Part shown: positions 1 through 10,845 of the stretch, piece by piece | Numbering within the stretch: position 1 is the first letter of the stretch | How the letters are laid out: every line of letters starts with the position of its first letter | Virus record (IMG/VR): IMGVR_UViG_3300047476_001057 | Coordinates: 62,630-126,629 of that record | Reading direction: 5' to 3' (one strand) | DNA: 64,000 nucleotides | DNA from: a virus | Made by a program: the position numbers and the translations under genes | Notes under the pieces: generated by a model | Database searches by the model: none | What the model was told of the DNA's origin: nothing | What the model saw: only the letters and a program-made list of their open reading frames with translations

Positions 1-570
1 CAACCAGACCTAAACGCTCCCAGGTATCGCCCTAAAAAGCTAAACCTGACAAACAGCAATGTTTACAACCAGTTCGTGCAGGAGAATCCCAGGTTTAGTT
101 CACTTACAGCTACCCAGTTCAAAGAGGTAATCAGCAGCTTTAACGGCAAGATCTGGAACAAGGTCATAGAAAGCCGTGATGGTGTGGAACTACCGGAGCA
201 ACTGGGTTATTTGTTTATTGGGACTTGTCCTCGTAAACAAGGTGATAATCCTGACTTTAGGAAGAGTAATCAATACGGGAAAAAGATCCAGAATCAAAAC
301 TGGGAGTCTGATCAGTATGTAGCTAAAATTTTCTACACCAACTTTGAAACTAAGTACCGGTTTAAGCATCATGAGATGTGGGGCTTTACCGGACTTCGTG
401 ACTTTAAGAGAACAGTAGCTAAGACCTATCCCCAGGAGTGGAAGAAATATGTGCAAGTAGATAACCTGGTTAAAGTGAGCTTATTGTTCCGTAAGCATAA
501 GTTCAAAGACTTTAAGAAAAACGAAACTCAGAAACTCCTTGAGGAGTATGATGAGTTTAATCTGGACTAA
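1..570 (+). CDS. IHF/HU-like DNA-binding protein of crAss-like phages (5' truncated by window)
   Basis: The frame is open from position 1 (QPDLNAPRYRPKK...). DGVELPEQLGYLFI resembles the HU/IHF beta-arm entry motif, and the gene sits immediately before the tail ring genes. Confidence 0.55.
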   Translation, partial: QPDLNAPRYRPKKLNLTNSNVYNQFVQENPRFSSLTATQFKEVISSFNGKIWNKVIESRDGVELPEQLGYLFIGTCPRKQGDNPDFRKSNQYGKKIQNQNWESDQYVAKIFYTNFETKYRFKHHEMWGFTGLRDFKRTVAKTYPQEWKKYVQVDNLVKVSLLFRKHKFKDFKKNETQKLLEEYDEFNLD

Positions 571-573
571 CCT

Positions 574-1245
574 ATGAAGACCACCATTGGAGATGTACTC
601 TCAAGAATCCGTTCCCAGGTAAAGGCGGTAAGGCAAGATGCTTTACTGACTGACCGGGTTATATACTCTTTTGTCAATAAGCACTCAAAGTGGTTGTTGA
701 AACGTGAAGATGCAAAAAACCAACTGATGGGATATTCAGGGGTTCTTCAGACAATGGAGTTTGTGGAGTTGATCGAAGTAGACAAGGTAGAAGCTTGTTG
801 CACTGGAATAAAATCTGACTGTACTATCAAACGCACCAAAAATAAAATGCCTGTGTTTATGCAGGGTTATTATGGTCCGTTAATTCGTACAGTAGCATCT
901 TTGGATGGATCTGAAGAATTGCAACCTACAGTTCCTAGCTCTTACATTGCAATGTCTAAGAGCAAGAACTTTAAATACAATAAGACTAAGTACTTCTGGT
1001 ATCTTGATGACTATCTATACTTTCCTGATCTTGAGTGGGATGCTGTACGTATAGAAGGAATTTTTGAAGATGATATTTCTGCTTTTACATGTGCTGATGA
1101 TAGCTGTGTTCAAGGTTCAGACCGCTCACTAAACATTCCTGATTATCTTCTGGGTGAATTAGAGTCTGCTGTATTTAAAGATTTGGCAGGTATGTTGCAA
1201 ATGCCTGTAGATCCCATTAATGATAAACAAAATGCTGCCCGTTAA
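574..1245 (+). CDS. Tail ring / tubular protein (crAss-like, P22 gp4-like)
   Basis: 223 aa; position upstream of the tail stabilisation gene; YFWYLDDYLYFP motif typical of this family. Confidence 0.5.
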   Translation: MKTTIGDVLSRIRSQVKAVRQDALLTDRVIYSFVNKHSKWLLKREDAKNQLMGYSGVLQTMEFVELIEVDKVEACCTGIKSDCTIKRTKNKMPVFMQGYYGPLIRTVASLDGSEELQPTVPSSYIAMSKSKNFKYNKTKYFWYLDDYLYFPDLEWDAVRIEGIFEDDISAFTCADDSCVQGSDRSLNIPDYLLGELESAVFKDLAGMLQMPVDPINDKQNAAR

Positions 1246-1250
1246 CTGCT

Positions 1251-2117
1251 ATGAAAACAGAGCCTAAATACCGCACGTTTGATGAGCTGCTTAATGAGGT
1301 GGCTGCAGATTTTACTCAGTATAATAATGAGGGTATGATTGAACCTGGACAACTAATCAAAGTTGCTCAGAGAGTCAGTTATGACCTGGGTCTTCGTATT
1401 CATGGTACCAAAGAAAAAATATTAGACATAGAAAAAAGCAAGACTAAACTACCTGATGATTTCTATGTACTTAACTATGCTATGCTTTGCGGCAAGTATA
1501 CTGTTTCTCAACCTGTTTTGCAGGGACGCCAGACTGAAGATATTATTCTTTCTTCTAATCTCTGCAAGAAATGCGGAGCTCCTGATCCACAATGTACCTG
1601 TGAAAAAACATACACTGTAGAGTGCAAAACTGGTGAAAAGGTATTTGTACAGGTTGTAGAGAAACGTGCTTATGAAACCAAGACTTATGAAACTTTTGAA
1701 AGGGTTGACATTAGTCCTGTAACCGGAAGACAAGATGCCTTAACTACCACTGGTAGAGCTGGTTACATCAAGAACGGATTCATTTACACAAACATAGAAG
1801 AAGGAAGGCTGTACATTTCTTATCAGGGTGCTTTAGAAGATCATGACGGAAATCTTCTTGTACTGGACCATCCTATGATTAATGAGTATTATGAATATGC
1901 TCTTAAGCAAAGGATCTTGGAAAACCTGTTTATGAACGGAGAAGATGTGACACAGAAAATGCAGTTGGTTGAGCAGAGGTTAAGAGCAGCCCGTAACAAT
2001 GCTCTCACTATTGTTAACACTCCAGACTTTGCTGAAATGAAACAGCTGTGGGAGACAAACCGTAAAGCTCAGTATGCAAAATATTACGACATGTTCAAGT
2101 CCGGATACGGCTGGTAA
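1251..2117 (+). CDS. Tail ring / tubular protein with Cys-rich insertion
   Basis: 288 aa; KNGFIYTNIEEGRLYISYQG...PMI segment typical of crAss-like ring proteins; internal CKKC...CTC...C insert. Confidence 0.5.
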   Translation: MKTEPKYRTFDELLNEVAADFTQYNNEGMIEPGQLIKVAQRVSYDLGLRIHGTKEKILDIEKSKTKLPDDFYVLNYAMLCGKYTVSQPVLQGRQTEDIILSSNLCKKCGAPDPQCTCEKTYTVECKTGEKVFVQVVEKRAYETKTYETFERVDISPVTGRQDALTTTGRAGYIKNGFIYTNIEEGRLYISYQGALEDHDGNLLVLDHPMINEYYEYALKQRILENLFMNGEDVTQKMQLVEQRLRAARNNALTIVNTPDFAEMKQLWETNRKAQYAKYYDMFKSGYGW

Positions 2118-2484
2118 ACTACCTGCACGTGCTACCACTACGGTGAAGTTTCCAACTTACAATTGTAAACTTGTCATTACCGTAGTAGATAGTGTTAAAA
2201 AGGAAGTGGAAAAGCTATATAAAAAATATAAGATAACAGAGCCGTTTGATTTTGAAGCTGAAGGAGCCTTAGTAATGCCTGGTACGGAAACATATTATCT
2301 GTTATTAGATAATGCATTTCTGACACATAATACAATAGCTCATGAAATATTTCATGCTGCTGTAAGAATAACTGAAGACAGAGATATTACTGATGAAGAA
2401 GCCCAGGCGTGGATGGCAGGACATATAACAGAGACATTGTATAAGTTTTTAGAAAAGAAGAAGCTACAAGTAAAACATGGCTGA
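2074..2484 (+). CDS. Small zincin-like metallopeptidase (start uncertain; GTG at 2143 possible)
   Basis: TIAHEIFHAA (HExxH, 2341-2355) plus a downstream DEEAQAW Glu ligand. Confidence 0.6.
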   Translation: MQNITTCSSPDTAGKLPARATTTVKFPTYNCKLVITVVDSVKKEVEKLYKKYKITEPFDFEAEGALVMPGTETYYLLLDNAFLTHNTIAHEIFHAAVRITEDRDITDEEAQAWMAGHITETLYKFLEKKKLQVKHG

Positions 2485-5400
2485 ACAATCACAGAACCCA
2501 GGAGCTGTTACTAATTCCTTTACCAAAGGAATGGTAAAAGACATGAATGAGACTTTCGTTGGAGAGGGTCTGTGGACACATGCCCGGAACCTGGTTAATA
2601 ACTCTCATGAAGGTCATACAGGTGTGGTAGGTAATGAACCAGCCAACCTGCATTGTGTTACACTTCCTTATGATCTTATTGGTGCTATACATCTTACAGA
2701 TGATCAGTGGGTTATTTTTACAACAGATGATGTAAACTCAGAGATAGGTATTTTTGATGAGAGCCAATGCAGTTATGAGAAAAAGGTAAACGATCCTTGT
2801 CTTGGTTTTAAGCGTTCCCATCTTATTACAGGAGCTTCCCGTAAAAGGTTTGATTGCGAGCGTCCTGTATATTGGGCGGATGGTCTAAACCCTGACCGTT
2901 TCATGGACCTGGATAATATTCCATGGAAGTATACAGAAACAAAAGTAAATGACTGTATAGTTAAAACAATTATAGAGCCAAGACAGCTTGACTGTGAAAA
3001 GATAAGGATAGCTCCTTTGTTAAAATCTCCTTGTCTTGTATTGTCAAAGGGAAAAACCTCTGGTAGTTTACCCAACGGATCTTACCAGGCAGTAATAGCT
3101 TACTCAGATAATGGCGTAAGGTTTACTAATTACATAGGACTCTCTGAAGTGCAATCTTTGTTTACACATGAAAACGTAAGTTCATCTCTTGAGCTTACCG
3201 TGTCTAGCATTGACACCACTTATGATGAGTTTGAACTAGTGATACTTGCCAGAATCAACGGTGCTACTGTAGCAAAGAAGATAGGAAACTACTCTACTTC
3301 ACAGGGTATTATTTACATAGACCGCTGGGACCAGGAGTATGAAACAGTACCTGTTGCACAGATTGTGTTCCGTGGTGACGCTTCAGAAAAAGCAGATGCT
3401 ATCTATGAAGTGAACAATTACCTCTTGAAAATAGGAGACTATTCTAAGTTTAAGTTTAACTATCAACAGCAGGCAAATAGGATCAAAACAAACTGGGTTG
3501 CTGTTGAATATCCGGCTGACTATTACCATAAAGGTGGTAACAACACCGGTTACTTAAGAGATGAACAGTATGCCTTCTTTATAAGGTTTATATATAACAC
3601 AGGTGACCGTTCTGATTCTTATCACATCCCGGGTCGTGCTGCAACAGCTGCTGAACGTGCAAACGTTTTTGGTGGTGATGCATTTGAAACCCAGGGATCT
3701 AATCCTGTAACAAGAGAACGCTGGCAGGTGGAGAATACTGCCACTATAGACAGTCTTGTATTATCTAAACTTTCTGACGGTGGTAAAGTAATTGCTACGG
3801 GTAAGATGGGTTACTGGGAAAGTTCAGAACAGTATCCTGCTGACCGTTTTGATATATGGGGAGACCTCTGTGGTAAAAAGATCAGGCACCATAAAATGCC
3901 TGATGTAACTATTGCAGGTGGTAACATAGTGAACCACTTCTCTAACCAAGGTCAGAACATTGTTATCCTTGGTGTACAGTTTTCTAACATTACAGCTCCT
4001 GTAGATAACCAGGGTAATATAATCAACTCTATTGTTGGTTATGAAATACTTCGTGGTTCAAGAGAAGGTAATAAGACTATTATTGCTAACGGTATGTTCA
4101 ATAACATGAGAACATATCCAATACCTGGGGAAAACAGCATACAGGGATTATATCAGAATTATCCTTATAATGATCTTCGTCCTGATTCATATTTGACTAG
4201 TCAGGAACAGACAGGTACAAATGGTACTGTAGACCCTAAGTCTACAAAACTTAGTGGTTACAAACAAAACGTATTTTCTTTTCATAGTCCTGAAACTACT
4301 TTCTCTAATCCTTATCTTAATGCAAGTGAGGTTAAGATTTATCAAGAGTTATCTGGTACAGCATTGGGATCTTTTATTAATCCATACAAGCATCCTAAGT
4401 TTAAGGTATCTACAAACTTTACAAGTGTACTTTCTAAACTTCTTTCAGTTATAGGTACTGTAGCTGCAATAGCAGGAACTGTAGGTGGTGGTTTTGATCT
4501 TAAGATGGAAGCTGATAATGATACACCTATCAATCTTCCTTTGACAGCAACACCTTCATACGCAGGTGACTATGTTACTGTACTTGGGTCTGGTGCTTCT
4601 CCAATAACTACCGCACAGTTCTTTGCTACAATAGCTGCTAATGGTATTATTCTTACTACTTTAATTGCAACAGGTATATTGCCTGGTATATATGATCAGC
4701 AGTTTACACGTTTGTTCTTATACTTATCACCCAAAGTCCAATATGCTGCTCAATATAATTCCCATGGGTTTTATAACAATGGTATTCCTGCTCAAGTTGG
4801 AGCAAGACGCCGTGAAGTTGTAGACGCTATCTACGTTAAAAACAACATGCAGTCTTTTAATGCAAGGTATGCTATTAATAACATGAACCGTGCTGGATTT
4901 GTAGCTGTTGAAATACCTGAGAATAATACACTTAATAATCCTACTACTGTTGATGACAGTAGGTTTACTATTGGTGAAAAAAGTGCCACACTTAATACTA
5001 TATACCAAAGTAATATTTCAGGTCATTATGGTGCTTTGAAGATAAACATGCCTTCTCAGTATGGACAGTTAAGTACAATTAAGCAATTGCCTATATCTGG
5101 AGGTTGTGTACATAACCTTTCACTTTTACCAGGTGCTAAGATGACTAGTCCTGTACTGTTTGGTGGAGATGTGTATATAAACAGGTTTACCGAAAAAAAT
5201 ACCATGTTGTTTTTTACAGACTGGTTACTTGGTGAACCGGATGAGACAGAGTATGATTATACACTTTATGCAGCATTACCATATCCGCGTTTTTGGATAA
5301 ACAATGAGTCTAAGCATTCTGCATTCTTTAAGTTATCAAATAGTTATCGTGTACTTGACTATAGAAGCTCAGGTACATTTTATATAAAGAGAGGTTATTT

Positions 5401-7051
5401 CTACTTGTTTAATTCAGGTGTAAGAGACTTTTTTGTAGAGAGTGAAGTAAACCTAGCATATCGTGATTGGGATGAAGAACCAGGTAAGCGTCATTATGAT
5501 CCTTACAAGTTTTCTGATTTAAATAACATGTTCCGTAGTGATGTAGTTAAGACCGGAAACTTTTATAAGTATGATTACAACCTTAGCATATCTAAGCTGT
5601 TCAGCTCACATATCACATGGGGTAATGTTTTAGGTTTGGATTACGATCCTGCAGTTGCTGAAACATGTTATGTATACAGACCATCAAGAGTGAGATACTC
5701 ACTTCCTCAGCAGGAAGAATCAAAGAAGGATAACTGGAGAGTATATCTTACAAATAACTACAAGGATTTCAATGGTCCGGTTACTTCTATCAAACCCATA
5801 AATAAGACAGGTGCCTTGTTCATGATGGCACGCCAGAGTCCTATGCAATTTATGGGTGTGGAAGAACTTAAGCTTGACGGTACAGGTGCAAAACTTACTA
5901 TTGGTGATGGTGGATTGTTTAATCAGCCTTTACAGTCTGTAGTTAATGCTGAAGCTTCATTTGAATACGGAAGTTGTCAAAGTAAAAATGCTGTAATTAA
6001 CACAACCCATGGTGTGTTTTGGGTTTCCCAAAATCAAGGTAAGGTGTTTCAATATACAGGTCAGCTTGCTGAGATTAGCCGTAACGGTATGAAATGGTGG
6101 TTTGCTCAATACCTTCCAAGTGAGCTTTTGAAAGCTTTTCCAAACTATCCTTTATATGATAATTCTGTAAAGGGAGTTGGTGTACAGATGATGTATGACA
6201 ATACCAACGAAATACTTTATATCACTAAGAAAGACTATAAGCCTCTCTTTAATGATATGATATATGACAACAATGGCTTCTATAGAGTTGTCAATGGTAT
6301 TAAAACCTACTATGCTTTTAATAGTGCAGGCTTTGAGGATGCATCATGGACTATAAGCTATGACTGCAAGAACCAGATGTGGTTATCATTTCATGACTGG
6401 AAGCCATCATATATGCTGCCTGCAAAGACTCATTTTATGAGTGTAAACGGCAACAGTGTATGGAAACATAATTCACGTTGTGATTTGTTCTGCAACTTCT
6501 ATGGTGTGGACTATCCTTTTGATATAGAGTTTGTATCCAGCACTGGTCAGACTGTTAACTCAGTAAGAAACATAGAATACCTGCTTGAAGCGTACAGATA
6601 CTATAATGGATGTAAAGATAAATTCCACATTCTGGATCAAAACTTTGACCAGGCTATGGTGTATAATTCTGAGCAGGTATCAGGTCTCCTTGAGCTTACT
6701 CTTAAAGACAAAAGCAATCCTGTCACTATGCTTAGTTATCCACAGGTTCAGTCACAGTCTATTAAAATCCAATATTCTAAAGAAGAACAGAAGTATAGGT
6801 TTAACCAATTCTGGGATATTACTAAAGACCGTGGAGAGTTTAATGGTGTTAGTCTTCCAATGTTTGTAACAAAAGCAAGTGGTTATGACTATGCTATTAA
6901 TCCACAATACGTAAACTACCAGAAATCACCTCTTGAACGCAAGAAGTTCCGTCATGTTGTAAATAGGGTGTTCTTACGTAAACTAAAAAGTGGTGACGTA
7001 AAATTATTGTTTAAGATATCTAACCAAAAACTTCTTCAATCTCCTAGATGA
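2477..7051 (+). CDS. Tail stabilisation / muzzle-type protein (P22 gp10-like)
   Basis: 1524 aa; N-terminal NSFTKGMVKD motif, beta-rich body, C-terminal WLSFHDWKP and KYSKEEQKYRFNQFWD motifs; lies between ring genes and cargo genes. Confidence 0.7.
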   Translation: MAEQSQNPGAVTNSFTKGMVKDMNETFVGEGLWTHARNLVNNSHEGHTGVVGNEPANLHCVTLPYDLIGAIHLTDDQWVIFTTDDVNSEIGIFDESQCSYEKKVNDPCLGFKRSHLITGASRKRFDCERPVYWADGLNPDRFMDLDNIPWKYTETKVNDCIVKTIIEPRQLDCEKIRIAPLLKSPCLVLSKGKTSGSLPNGSYQAVIAYSDNGVRFTNYIGLSEVQSLFTHENVSSSLELTVSSIDTTYDEFELVILARINGATVAKKIGNYSTSQGIIYIDRWDQEYETVPVAQIVFRGDASEKADAIYEVNNYLLKIGDYSKFKFNYQQQANRIKTNWVAVEYPADYYHKGGNNTGYLRDEQYAFFIRFIYNTGDRSDSYHIPGRAATAAERANVFGGDAFETQGSNPVTRERWQVENTATIDSLVLSKLSDGGKVIATGKMGYWESSEQYPADRFDIWGDLCGKKIRHHKMPDVTIAGGNIVNHFSNQGQNIVILGVQFSNITAPVDNQGNIINSIVGYEILRGSREGNKTIIANGMFNNMRTYPIPGENSIQGLYQNYPYNDLRPDSYLTSQEQTGTNGTVDPKSTKLSGYKQNVFSFHSPETTFSNPYLNASEVKIYQELSGTALGSFINPYKHPKFKVSTNFTSVLSKLLSVIGTVAAIAGTVGGGFDLKMEADNDTPINLPLTATPSYAGDYVTVLGSGASPITTAQFFATIAANGIILTTLIATGILPGIYDQQFTRLFLYLSPKVQYAAQYNSHGFYNNGIPAQVGARRREVVDAIYVKNNMQSFNARYAINNMNRAGFVAVEIPENNTLNNPTTVDDSRFTIGEKSATLNTIYQSNISGHYGALKINMPSQYGQLSTIKQLPISGGCVHNLSLLPGAKMTSPVLFGGDVYINRFTEKNTMLFFTDWLLGEPDETEYDYTLYAALPYPRFWINNESKHSAFFKLSNSYRVLDYRSSGTFYIKRGYFYLFNSGVRDFFVESEVNLAYRDWDEEPGKRHYDPYKFSDLNNMFRSDVVKTGNFYKYDYNLSISKLFSSHITWGNVLGLDYDPAVAETCYVYRPSRVRYSLPQQEESKKDNWRVYLTNNYKDFNGPVTSIKPINKTGALFMMARQSPMQFMGVEELKLDGTGAKLTIGDGGLFNQPLQSVVNAEASFEYGSCQSKNAVINTTHGVFWVSQNQGKVFQYTGQLAEISRNGMKWWFAQYLPSELLKAFPNYPLYDNSVKGVGVQMMYDNTNEILYITKKDYKPLFNDMIYDNNGFYRVVNGIKTYYAFNSAGFEDASWTISYDCKNQMWLSFHDWKPSYMLPAKTHFMSVNGNSVWKHNSRCDLFCNFYGVDYPFDIEFVSSTGQTVNSVRNIEYLLEAYRYYNGCKDKFHILDQNFDQAMVYNSEQVSGLLELTLKDKSNPVTMLSYPQVQSQSIKIQYSKEEQKYRFNQFWDITKDRGEFNGVSLPMFVTKASGYDYAINPQYVNYQKSPLERKKFRHVVNRVFLRKLKSGDVKLLFKISNQKLLQSPR

Positions 7052-10000
7052 TGAATAAGCTGTTACAACTTTTAGTAAGCACTGGAGATGTTTCTCATAA
7101 AGTGTTACCTACCTATCAGATGAGAGGAGAGGTTAGATCTATATCTCGTGGTGACATTCAGGGAGCTCCTATGCCTGTTATAAAAATGACAGCTGAGGAA
7201 GCTAAGAGATTGCAAATGCAGAAGATGGCTCAGCAGGCTATCGCTAACCAGGCTACATTAAAACCCGGTTCAAAACTTACAGATCGTGATGCTCTGTTAG
7301 AAAAGAACAGACAATATGCTGCATCAACAGGTAAAAGATTTAACCCTAACACCGGTGGTGTAAGTCCATTGTTATCTGATAACACAGACAGAACAATGAG
7401 ACGTGTCCAGGAAAACATAGTTAATCCGATGTTGCAACTGGAAGGTCTAATGACTGGAGCAGGTCTTGTTGGTAAAGGAGCAGGTAGTATAATGCAAAGA
7501 ATTGCTCCGGCAATTGAAAACATAGGGTTTAATACGTCACGTAATATTAGAAAAGCATTTCCTGGTTTTGTAGATAAAAGAATGAGGGCTATAGATAAAG
7601 GAAACAAGTGGAGTCAGGAATGGTACAGTAATCCAACTATTCAGCAACGATATAATGATTGGATTGAAGAATCTTCTCTGTTAAAACCAGAAGCGGCTTT
7701 ATATCAAAGTCGTATAATGGACATTGCACCTACTGTTATTCGAGGTATCAATCTTGATAAGAGTTATGCTAACAGACTTAGTGGTACTATAGCCAGAGAT
7801 AACTATGAAAAACTTTTAAAAGAAGGAGCTATTACTAAGGGGACTACAGATCGTTTTGGGTTTGGAAAAAATGATGTTGTAGGAAGGTATAGTCACGGAA
7901 GTAATGATGCTCTTATAGATGTATTGCATCCAGCTCTTGGTAGAAAGTTTAATACTGCTAATACTACAGTGCATGAAAACATTCATGCAATTACCAGAGG
8001 AAATGACGGACTTACTCAGAACGCTAAGAGTTTTTTAAAAGCTCCTTTTAATAGATCAACAGGTAACAAATATGATAAATATTTAACTAATCCAACTGAA
8101 GTGCATGCTCGCATTGGTGAACTCAGACGTCAGTTTGGACTAACTCCTGAAACAAAAGTAGATATATCTACTATGAATAGAATTATGGAGTTGGGAAAAC
8201 AAGGTAAAACTTCTGTTGATAAAAGATGGTTTGAGCTTGTTAATGACAAATCTAAATTAAGATGGTTGTTTAATAATGCTCCAACTGTTACAGTACCTAT
8301 AGCTGGTGCAGCTCTATTAGACCAAAAAAGAAAAGGTGGAGTCATTATAGATTCTCGTGGTCAATGGGCTTATCCTGGTAAACAAACTATAGTACCTACA
8401 CCCACTGGGCAAATAACCATGCAGGGTGTTCCCTATCCTGTATATGGACAAGATGAAACTGGCTATGGTCAGATGATGTATCCTGATGGTGAATATGAAT
8501 TTCCTGGTGAGATGGTGTATGAAACACCCATGATGAGTAAGGGTGGACAGCACGGTGGTCTTGACCGCTGGTTTGCAGAAAAGTGGGTAGATGTAAAAAC
8601 AGGTAAAGCATGTGGCAGACAAGAAGGTGAGAAACGTAAAGGATATCCTGCCTGTCGTCCTTCCAGAAGAGTGAGTGAGGATACACCAAAAACAGCATCA
8701 GAACTTTCTAGTTCTGAGCGTGAGAAATTCAAGAGATCTAAAACTTCAAGTGAACGTATAAACTATCAACACCGTAGAAAAGAATATGGTGGAGAACAAA
8801 CTGAAACAGATATGACTAACAAACCGAACAACCCGTCATTATGGTCCAGAGCTAAGTCTTTGGCTAAACAAAAGTTTAATGTATACCCTTCCGCATATGC
8901 CAATGGTTGGGCTGCTAAGTGGTATAAATCTAAAGGTGGTACCTGGAGAAAAGCTGAGTATGGTATGGAAGTACCTATGATGGCTGAAGGTGGTAAACCT
9001 GAGTGGCTTATGGAGGCTCAGCTTAAAGCTCAAGGTTATTCAGGAGATGCACTCCGTCAGAAGATGGCTTCTATGGCTAATGGTGGAGAACCTCAGAATG
9101 CAGGTTTTCAGGCATTGCCTGAAGCTGTTCAGGAAAAGATTATGAATAGCATGGCTTATGGTGGATATATGGGTGAAATGGCTTACGGTGGTAGTGCTCA
9201 ACAAGCTGCTATTGCTATTGCCATGAAAAAAGCAGGTAAAAAACCAAAGTCTATGGCAGATGGTGGAGAACCTAACGGTGAGATGGCACTCGGTCAGATG
9301 GCTGCTGTACAAGATAAAATGAATAAGCTTCTTAAGTTTGTTAGACCAGAAGATAACTTAGATCCATGGATTGCTTCTAAGCTTGCTGTAATGGATCACA
9401 GTGCAGACGCTATTGCGGACTACATGATGTACGGTCCTGATGCTGAAGAGATGGAAGAGCAAGAAATGAAAGGTGGCGGCTATGTTGTTACAAGAAGCAA
9501 CGATCGTAAAGGTAAGACTCATAAAGTGACTGGTCCTGACGGAACTGTTAAATACTTTGGTGACTCGAAGCTTGGTCAGCATCCAAGAGATCCAGAAAGA
9601 AAAGCTGCTTTCTATGCACGTCATAAAAAGAACCTTGAAGGTAATCCATACTTCCGTGCCTTTGCAAGAGCAACATGGGAGAACGGTGGACAGATAGACG
9701 AAATGGCAAACGGTGGTTATATCGGTTATGATGGAAAGCGTCACATGTCTTCTACACCCACATGGTCTGGAAACATGGGTTATCAAACTGGTGGTGAACC
9801 TTTGTGGCATGCAAACTGGAACGATGCTGAACAATCTTATGAATCTATAGATCCGATTGCAGAACAGTTTAACCAGGATGTAGCAGCTATGCCAGCACGT
9901 GCTGTATCTATGAATGTTCCTGCAAGTGCTCCTGTTGCTAAAGCAGTGGCTCGACCACGTAGCAAAGGATCTAGCTACAGTGTGGTTGACTACATGAATA

Positions 10001-10842
10001 GCCTAGATATGCCATCTGATTATGCTACACGTAAAGCCCTTGCAGAAGAGTATGGTATAAAAGGATACAGAGGAACTGCTGATCAAAATATGATGTTGAT
10101 TTCTGCTATCAGTCAAGCAGTAAAGTCTCAGGGATCTAAAGCAGCTGCTGTTTCTACACAATCAGGTTCTGCGGACTATGCTATGAATAGCAGTAATATG
10201 CTTAGAAGAGGTTACACTGCTTCTAGTAACCCATTCATGTTTGGTGAAATACCTCAAAGACCAGCTGTAAAAACTTCTGGTGCAGCTAAAGCTGCTGCAG
10301 CTAAAAAAGTAAATGCAGCTAATGCTCAAGATGCAGAAGATGCAAGATCGTTTGCTAAGTATAAAACAGAAGATCCATATTTCTTTGCAGAAGAATCTGA
10401 TCCATCGTGGGTAAAGGCTATTGATATGCCTTTTACTTACTTAAGAGATCTTGGTGCCCAAGTTGTTTTAGACCAAGACTTAATGGCATTAGGTCAACTA
10501 CTTGCTCTTGGTGCAGGAACGAGGTTTATTAAGGGTAAATCTAAGATAGAGCCTTACTACGGAGGACAGAAAGCTTTGCCAAGAATGCCTGGTAAATCAC
10601 TGCCTGCTCCAGCTGCCCCTGGTCCAAGAGGTCCTATTCCTGGACCTGCAAGTGGTGGATACATTAAGCCAGGAGTTCCAGGTACATCTCCAAGAGGTTT
10701 TGAAATTCCAAGTGCTGGTTTAAGAAGTCCGGGTTATCCAAGGTTTGCTCAAGGTGGACCTGTAGTGGGCGATGAAATGGAAGTAACTCCTGAACAACTT
10801 GAACAGCTTCGTGCACAAGGATATCAGTTTGAAATAATCTAA
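7048..10842 (+). CDS. Mosaic virion cargo protein (zincin plus small modules separated by MxxGG motifs)
   Basis: 1264 aa; HENIH at 7972-7986; IIDSRGQWAYPG module; DUF5872-like, DUF5754-like and DUF3597-like segments; about 13 xxGG motifs. Confidence 0.65.
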   Translation: MMNKLLQLLVSTGDVSHKVLPTYQMRGEVRSISRGDIQGAPMPVIKMTAEEAKRLQMQKMAQQAIANQATLKPGSKLTDRDALLEKNRQYAASTGKRFNPNTGGVSPLLSDNTDRTMRRVQENIVNPMLQLEGLMTGAGLVGKGAGSIMQRIAPAIENIGFNTSRNIRKAFPGFVDKRMRAIDKGNKWSQEWYSNPTIQQRYNDWIEESSLLKPEAALYQSRIMDIAPTVIRGINLDKSYANRLSGTIARDNYEKLLKEGAITKGTTDRFGFGKNDVVGRYSHGSNDALIDVLHPALGRKFNTANTTVHENIHAITRGNDGLTQNAKSFLKAPFNRSTGNKYDKYLTNPTEVHARIGELRRQFGLTPETKVDISTMNRIMELGKQGKTSVDKRWFELVNDKSKLRWLFNNAPTVTVPIAGAALLDQKRKGGVIIDSRGQWAYPGKQTIVPTPTGQITMQGVPYPVYGQDETGYGQMMYPDGEYEFPGEMVYETPMMSKGGQHGGLDRWFAEKWVDVKTGKACGRQEGEKRKGYPACRPSRRVSEDTPKTASELSSSEREKFKRSKTSSERINYQHRRKEYGGEQTETDMTNKPNNPSLWSRAKSLAKQKFNVYPSAYANGWAAKWYKSKGGTWRKAEYGMEVPMMAEGGKPEWLMEAQLKAQGYSGDALRQKMASMANGGEPQNAGFQALPEAVQEKIMNSMAYGGYMGEMAYGGSAQQAAIAIAMKKAGKKPKSMADGGEPNGEMALGQMAAVQDKMNKLLKFVRPEDNLDPWIASKLAVMDHSADAIADYMMYGPDAEEMEEQEMKGGGYVVTRSNDRKGKTHKVTGPDGTVKYFGDSKLGQHPRDPERKAAFYARHKKNLEGNPYFRAFARATWENGGQIDEMANGGYIGYDGKRHMSSTPTWSGNMGYQTGGEPLWHANWNDAEQSYESIDPIAEQFNQDVAAMPARAVSMNVPASAPVAKAVARPRSKGSSYSVVDYMNSLDMPSDYATRKALAEEYGIKGYRGTADQNMMLISAISQAVKSQGSKAAAVSTQSGSADYAMNSSNMLRRGYTASSNPFMFGEIPQRPAVKTSGAAKAAAAKKVNAANAQDAEDARSFAKYKTEDPYFFAEESDPSWVKAIDMPFTYLRDLGAQVVLDQDLMALGQLLALGAGTRFIKGKSKIEPYYGGQKALPRMPGKSLPAPAAPGPRGPIPGPASGGYIKPGVPGTSPRGFEIPSAGLRSPGYPRFAQGGPVVGDEMEVTPEQLEQLRAQGYQFEII

Positions 10843-10845
10843 CTT

